From assembly GCF_011745625.1 (NCBI RefSeq), contig NW_027191455.1, forward strand, positions 186,001 through 250,000: a DNA stretch of 64,000 nt. The letters run 5' to 3'. The DNA is from Cladosporium halotolerans (taxonomy: Eukaryota). Under the pieces are notes generated by a model. The model was not told the origin of the DNA and ran no database searches. It was given only the letters and a program-made list of their open reading frames with translations. Both the position numbers and the translations under genes were made by a program. The stretch's first letter is position 1, and each line of letters begins with the position of its first letter. This document shows, piece by piece, positions 58,722 through 64,000 of this stretch.

Positions 58722-58828
58722 TGATGAGAGTGGGATTCGAACCCACGCCCTTTCGGACTAGCGAATTCAGGAGATCCTCAGAAGGGAACACCTTAAGCTA
58801 GCGCCTTAGACCGCTCGGCCATCTCACC
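58722..58828 (-). tRNA. tRNA-Leu(AAG) with 27-nt intron (58764-58790)
   Basis: Reverse complement folds as a cloverleaf: acceptor GGTGAGA/TCTCATC-A, A-box TGGCCGAGCGG, anticodon arm CTAGC-TT-AAG-G[intron]C-GCTAG, long variable arm, B-box GGTTCGAATCC, downstream T-runs. Confidence 0.95.
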
Positions 58829-59569
58829 GATTTGTGTGAGGTGGAAAAGCTTCACAATTTATATATGTTAAACAGATTGGCCTTGGATTCATGTGATGAT
58901 ACTCCACGCAGCGTGATGAACGAGAGCAGTGCCGCAATTGCGTGTGGCATGTCATGTACAATCGTGTCAAGGCATTGACTGCATTGCTGTGAAAATCGCA
59001 ATGGAACGCCATCTCATGGGCCCTTGAGCACGTTGATCCTCAGACCATCCGCAACTTGACATGAAGATTAAGATAAGCTGAATTGATGACGACGCAGTGT
59101 GCGATTCTAAAATTTGACGAGCGACCAAGGTAGCATTTCTCCAGTTTGACAGTATCCTAGAACTTGGAGGTAGACAAGGCTGTTTGACTGAGGGTTCATC
59201 CTCAGAACGAGGCCAGTATCATTGCATTCGTTCTTTTCAATATAGGTCTAGAATTCTCGATTCTCGCATATACGTTTGAGAGAACAGGAACAATGTGAAA
59301 TGTTTGATTCAATCGATCGTGGCTCAGTCCCACATTTGGCAATATGCGGCTATAGTTCAACGACGTCTGGTGTAGGTGAACGACTTCCGTTTTGGGTTTG
59401 CTTTCCCGCGAATCTGCACCACCGGGACGATTCCCGATTTTCTGTTCACAAATCCCAACCAAGGTGAATCGAAGCAATCTGTGTTCCTGCTCTTCCAATG
59501 ATCATATTTAAGTAGCAGTGTTGGTCAGCGTTCAGTAGATCCCCTTGTTCTTCACTTTCCTTCTTCCAG

Positions 59570-59593
59570 CCCTAACCCCAACCCTAACCCTTA
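59570..59593. repeat. Short interstitial telomere-like repeat (CCCTAA-type x4, two degenerate)
   Basis: CCCTAA CCCCAA CCCTAA CCCTTA. Confidence 0.7.
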
Positions 59594-59653
59594 GAACACT
59601 CGTTTGTCCAAAAGTAAGTGGTCTCGTTTCGTTGATTCACTGCCATTCATTTG

Positions 59654-60249
59654 ATGAGTGGCTGCAAAAATGGTCGATACTTACAAGATCTTCTAAAAGT
59701 GTACAGCAGCGCCGTCCCCCTCACCGTCATCAAAGGCGCAGGTCACGAATACATCCCTCTCCCCGCCGGCGAAAACGCAACCGTAGCCGACTTCCACTCC
59801 ATCCGCACCAACACCACCGACTCTCCCTCACACCTGACATCTGGCTTCTACAAAATTGAAGCTGGACCCGCGAAACCCGCAGCTTACAACTTTGAGGAGA
59901 CGAAATATGTCTTGAGCGGGCAGATCGACGTTTTGGTACATCGAACCTGATCTTCGTAGGTTTATGCTTTGACTGACGCTTGATCAATCGGTAGGATGAA
60001 GCAACCGGCATCACGCACCACCTCGTTCCGGAAGACTTCGCTTTCTTCCACGTTGGCTCTAAGGTCAAGGTAAGTTGTCTTCTTGATTCATCGCTGCAAA
60101 ACGACCATTTCTCTCCTGACACGATCACTTTTTAGTTCTCGACGAAGTCCAGCGGCTTCGCTTTCTACGCCGTCACAAGGCCGGTCAGGGCTCCGCACCC
60201 CAATCTGCTGGGCAGAGAGGAGAAGACGCCTCCGCTTTCTCGCCTGTGA
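59654..60249 (+). CDS. Small cupin (EutQ/Cupin_3-like) ending in PTS1 -SRL; introns ~59936-59994, 60070-60135; start uncertain
   Basis: 'LTSGFYKIEAG....Y.FEETKYVLSGQIDVL/DEATG..HHLVPEDFAFFHVGSKVK/FST...AFYAV...LSRL*'. Confidence 0.8.
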
Positions 60250-60428
60250 GGTGGCGGGTGAACAGTATAGCGACAGAGTTAATGGAATGACCTGATTGAT
60301 GATCATCATCGTACACTGATATCGCATTGTCATGAAAAGACCTCTCCTACTCACGTTGCAGTCTCAGACACATTAATGGCAACCACGCCGCACGATCCGC
60401 ATTTTCGACATTCTCTAAACCGCTCCGC

Positions 60429-62526
60429 CTACAATTTCTTCGAACCATTGCGCTCAGACCTCTGATTGAACGCCTCCACGGCCGCCGTCGCCATCCTCAA
60501 CGGCAGCGGCGCATCGAGGCGGCCCAGCTTCAACTCCACGAGCTGGAAGCAGCCCGCCTGCGCAAACTGCTTGTCGGCGAGGACCTTGTCAAGCTCATCG
60601 GGAGTGCCGATGGGACCGTAGTACCTCGACTGATGGTCCGGGCCAAAAGCCGGCGCGAGCTTGGAGTAATCCCAGTTCGGGAGCTTGTTGTAAAACCTGC
60701 CAGCTAGTCAGCAAAAAGTAATTCGACTGAACACAGCATCAGGGCAAGTGCAACTCACGCATCCTCCCCATGAATCAGCCTCTCAACCGTATACCCATCA
60801 TTGTTCAGCACGAACACCACCGGCCTCAGGCCCAGCTTCAGCAAGTCCGCGAACGCCTGCACGGTCAAGTGCAGACTCCCCTCGCCGGTGACGAGGATAC
60901 AGCGCTTGAAAGCCCCCGTCTCGCGGATCGCTTTGAAGGCGCCCACGGCGGCGCCCGTCGCGTACCCGATGCTGCCGAAGACGGTCTGGTTGTACATGCT
61001 GGCGCCGCGGGGGAGTTTGGAGCACCCGAGGCCAAAGGCGGAGGTGCCCGTCTCGCCGATCAGGAAGTCGCCGGGTTGGAGGAATTTGCCGAGGGTCTTT
61101 GGGGGTGTTAGTGTGATGTGAGGGTAAGTGTTGGGAGAGGATAGGAGCTTACCGGCCATAAATAGTCTTGCGTGAGGTGCGCTGGGCGCTCTGGGCTATT
61201 CATTGGGTAGGGATCCCAGTTGACGGAGGGCGTTGATGTACGGGTTAAGGGGTGTTTCTTCAGATCGTTCACTAGGGCGTCGAGAACGTGGACCATTTTC
61301 AGGTCGTAGCGTTCTTTTCCGATCTAACTGAGGTCAGGCATCGTGGAGGAGGAGAGTGGTGACGCTGCTGTCGTACCTTGACGTAGTATCTCTGGAACTC
61401 AGCAGTGACATCTTCCGAGACTTGGTCCGTGAATTCGCCAGTATTGAAGTCGGTCTGCAACCCTGTTAGCGACTATGAGAGGCAGATAGCGTCGATCATA
61501 CCTGGACATTGCCGACCCAGAACACGGCGTCAGCTGACTCAACCGCGCGTTTTACTCCTTCATAGGTACCGGCACCAGTGTACAGCCCGCCAAAATTCGG
61601 TGTCGTCTCATCGACGCCGCCCTTTCCCATATAAGTGGTGAAGGTCGGGAAGCCGGTCAGCTGTGAGAGCACCCTGCACTTGTCTGCAACGTTGTTCCGG
61701 ACAGCGTTGCCGTCGACAATGATGATCGGCTGCTTGCTAGTTTCCATCCACTCACGGAGCTTGGACACGACGCGTGTCTCCAAGCTGGCATTGTTTGGGC
61801 TGAGCGCAGTTTTCAACGGGGTCTTAAGCCCTGTGCCATCACACTCAAGGTGTGACATGTCGACCGGGACTCCGATGTACACTGGTCTACTCTGCTGCAT
61901 CATGGCAGTCAAGCAGCGGTCGATTTCAGCTGGGGCAGTCTGTGGATCCATGAGGACTGTGGTATCGACGGAGATCTTCTCTGCCATCTCGCGGTACATC
62001 CTGGAAGGCGTGTCAGTTGGCTGAACTCATGTGACTGCCCGGCTTACACACCCGAACTCGCCAGTACCCAGGGTATGATGCATCAGGGTGTGGTTCTTCA
62101 TCGCCGGACCTAGGTCGTCAATGATCAGTCCGCCCTCATGGATGAGCCTCGTATAGTTAATACATACGTCCTGGATACCCAACAACATGCGCGACAGGCA
62201 CGAACTCAGCGTACGCTCCAGCTTGGCTGCAATAAGCACTGAGCTCCCCGGGTCCGAAAGTCGTCACAAACGATCCGGCGCCCTTCATGCGCCCATAACC
62301 GTCAGCGGCATACCCAGCGATCAACTCGTTCGGGTTGCCACAGAAGTCGACGCCAGATTCGCCGATCAGATCGAGGAGGGCAAGCTCGTAGTCTGTTCAA
62401 CGGTGAGTTGAGAACGTCAACTGAACGAGTAGAAGACGGTGTCGCACCTCCTGGAACTCCGAAGACGGTGTCAATGCCCAGCTGTTTGAGTCTGGTGAAG
62501 AGGTAGTTTCCGACTTTGATAGACAT
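60429..62526 (-). CDS. ThDP-dependent 2-oxoacid decarboxylase (pyruvate/indolepyruvate/phenylpyruvate decarboxylase family), 8 exons
   Basis: 'FGVPG/DY', 'NELIAGYAADGYGR', 'TTFGPGELSA', 'MHHTLG', 'ETGTSAFG', 'FGSIGY', 'GEGS..NNDGYTVERLIHG'; 7 GT-AG introns keep the frame. Confidence 0.92.
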
Positions 62527-63375
62527 CGCGTTCCCTGTGTTTGAGAGTGAATTGGGGGACTGAAAATTGCAACAAATGATAAGTGAGTAAGCAGGGTGAG
62601 AGTGTTCCAATGCCGTTTATATAGCATCTTGCACGTGTCAGTACCTCTATCCGATGCATTGGAAGATACTCCGCAATTGCCGGAATGAGGGTGGTACCCT
62701 TGCGCCTTGTACGGCATCACAGCTGTCGCAGCGAATCCATCGGCTGGAAGCTTGCTGAAGTCACAAGATGACAAAGAACCCTGGCTTGCAAAAGATACCC
62801 TGAAGTTCCCAATCGGTGCTATCATCCTGGATTTCTTGTCCTCGTCATGCGCTGAGTAAGATGTAGAATATCATCCGAGGTCCCCGAGACTCGGGAGTGC
62901 CGATTGTTGGAGCCATTGTTGCGTGGCTCATTCGAGGTCTGAATATCGCCTCAGAATGCCATTGAGCGCCATAATCACTCGGAAGTCATTTCTTAAACTT
63001 AATCGATCTGGAGCGCGATGCGACTTGCAGATATTTCAAGAGCTAGTTGCTCAGCTACAGATGCTTGCCTTAAGTGGTACGGAGAGGGGTGCTGGAGTGC
63101 AGGCCCTGAAATCCGAGGATCAGCATGGGATATCGTGGGCTATCTTGAATCGAACATCAGCACAAAACTCTTTGTAGGTACGCACTATTTCCTGCCAAAA
63201 TAATGCTTTCGCGGACCGCTAGGCAAATTGGTCTAGCGGGAGCTTAGCAACGCCTCGCAGATTGTGCTCGACATCCGATGACTCTGGGGGCTGTTGTGAT
63301 CGCTTCAAACTCCCTTTGATATAATAGAAACACTGTTGTACATCAATCACAGGCGCTCACGCCACCTGAAGTCGT

Positions 63376-64000
63376 CTATTTCTTGCCTCCCTTCTTACCA
63401 CCCCTACCCATAGCCCTCCTCTCGGCATTCTTCGCAACTCTGATGTTCTTCTTTCGCCAAGCGGCGAATCGATCGCCAGGCACGAAAGGCTTGACCATTT
63501 GTGCAGCCTTGCTCCTCTCCGCCGCACGACCGATTTCCCAGTTGGCCTGGCGGTACTGGTAACCGGGCCTGAGAGTAAGCTTCTCGTCCACCACCTTTCC
63601 GCTGCCAGTCTTCTTGATAGTCTTGATTCCTCTGCTCTCGTTGGGCTGGTCCCTGATTGTAGAAGGCTTGGCCGTGCCCATCTCTGCGTTGCCAGGCAGG
63701 CCGGTCTGAGGGCCAGTCAAGAGGTCTGCGGACTCCTGCACGGCGTAGGTCTGGGGCATCTGGTAGGCGAGCATACCGAGCTTGCGGCGGCGGACTGCGT
63801 TGACTGGCGCGGGAAGTTGCTGGTTCTTTTCGAAAACGATGCCGATGTATTTGCGCTTCGGGTGGCGCGCCGGATCGCGATAGTAGCGGACGTAGCCTGG
63901 TTGTGCGGCATGGATGGTGTGGTCGCGGCCCTGCATGAGTTGTCAGTATTTGGCGTCTATTCAATTGGATGCCTAGGCATGTCCATACCATGCTGCAGTT
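63376..64000 (-). CDS. MRP7: Mitochondrial ribosomal protein bL27m (5' part outside the window); intron 63931-63988
   Basis: 'NCSM/GRDHTIHAAQPGYVRYYRDP..HPKRKYIG', 'YQYRQANWEIGR'. Confidence 0.88.

Noticed and set aside
59570..59593. True chromosome end
   Set aside because: Only four imperfect units, with ordinary genes on both sides
1..64000. Transposons, RIP-degraded AT-rich blocks, CRISPR arrays, rRNA, PKS/NRPS backbone genes
   Set aside because: No transposase/RT motifs, long terminal or inverted repeats, spacer arrays or synthase domains were seen by eye

Overview
Gene-dense, GC-rich chromosomal segment of a filamentous ascomycete. It has short GT-AG introns with CTRAC/CTAAC-type branch points, and the gene content suggests a Dothideomycete (inference). 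About 25 protein-coding genes are supported, plus one HET-domain pseudogene and one intron-containing tRNA-Leu(AAG). Housekeeping genes: PP1 inhibitor-2, vacuolar M18 aminopeptidase, PTPA/RRD1, LUC7, GPI16 and mitochondrial bL27. These are interspersed with accessory metabolism genes. One less GC-biased block at about 9-19 kb holds a secreted unknown protein, a laccase, xylose reductase, a secreted DUF1593 protein and an Mtr-type amino acid permease. Elsewhere are an NCS1 permease, a MAPEG gene next to a TF-like gene, two alpha/beta hydrolases, an ABC-G half transporter, a MOSC-less Moco-sulfurase-like protein, and a PTS1-bearing cupin next to a GEG-variant ThDP decarboxylase. No transposon, CRISPR array or rRNA was recognised. 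The most notable observations are a chimeric-looking aminopeptidase N-terminus, the putative lignocellulose-related island, a laccase with Phe at the axial position and a 7-nt micro-exon, and a HET gene with three lesions. All family assignments come from motif recognition by eye; no database searches were run.
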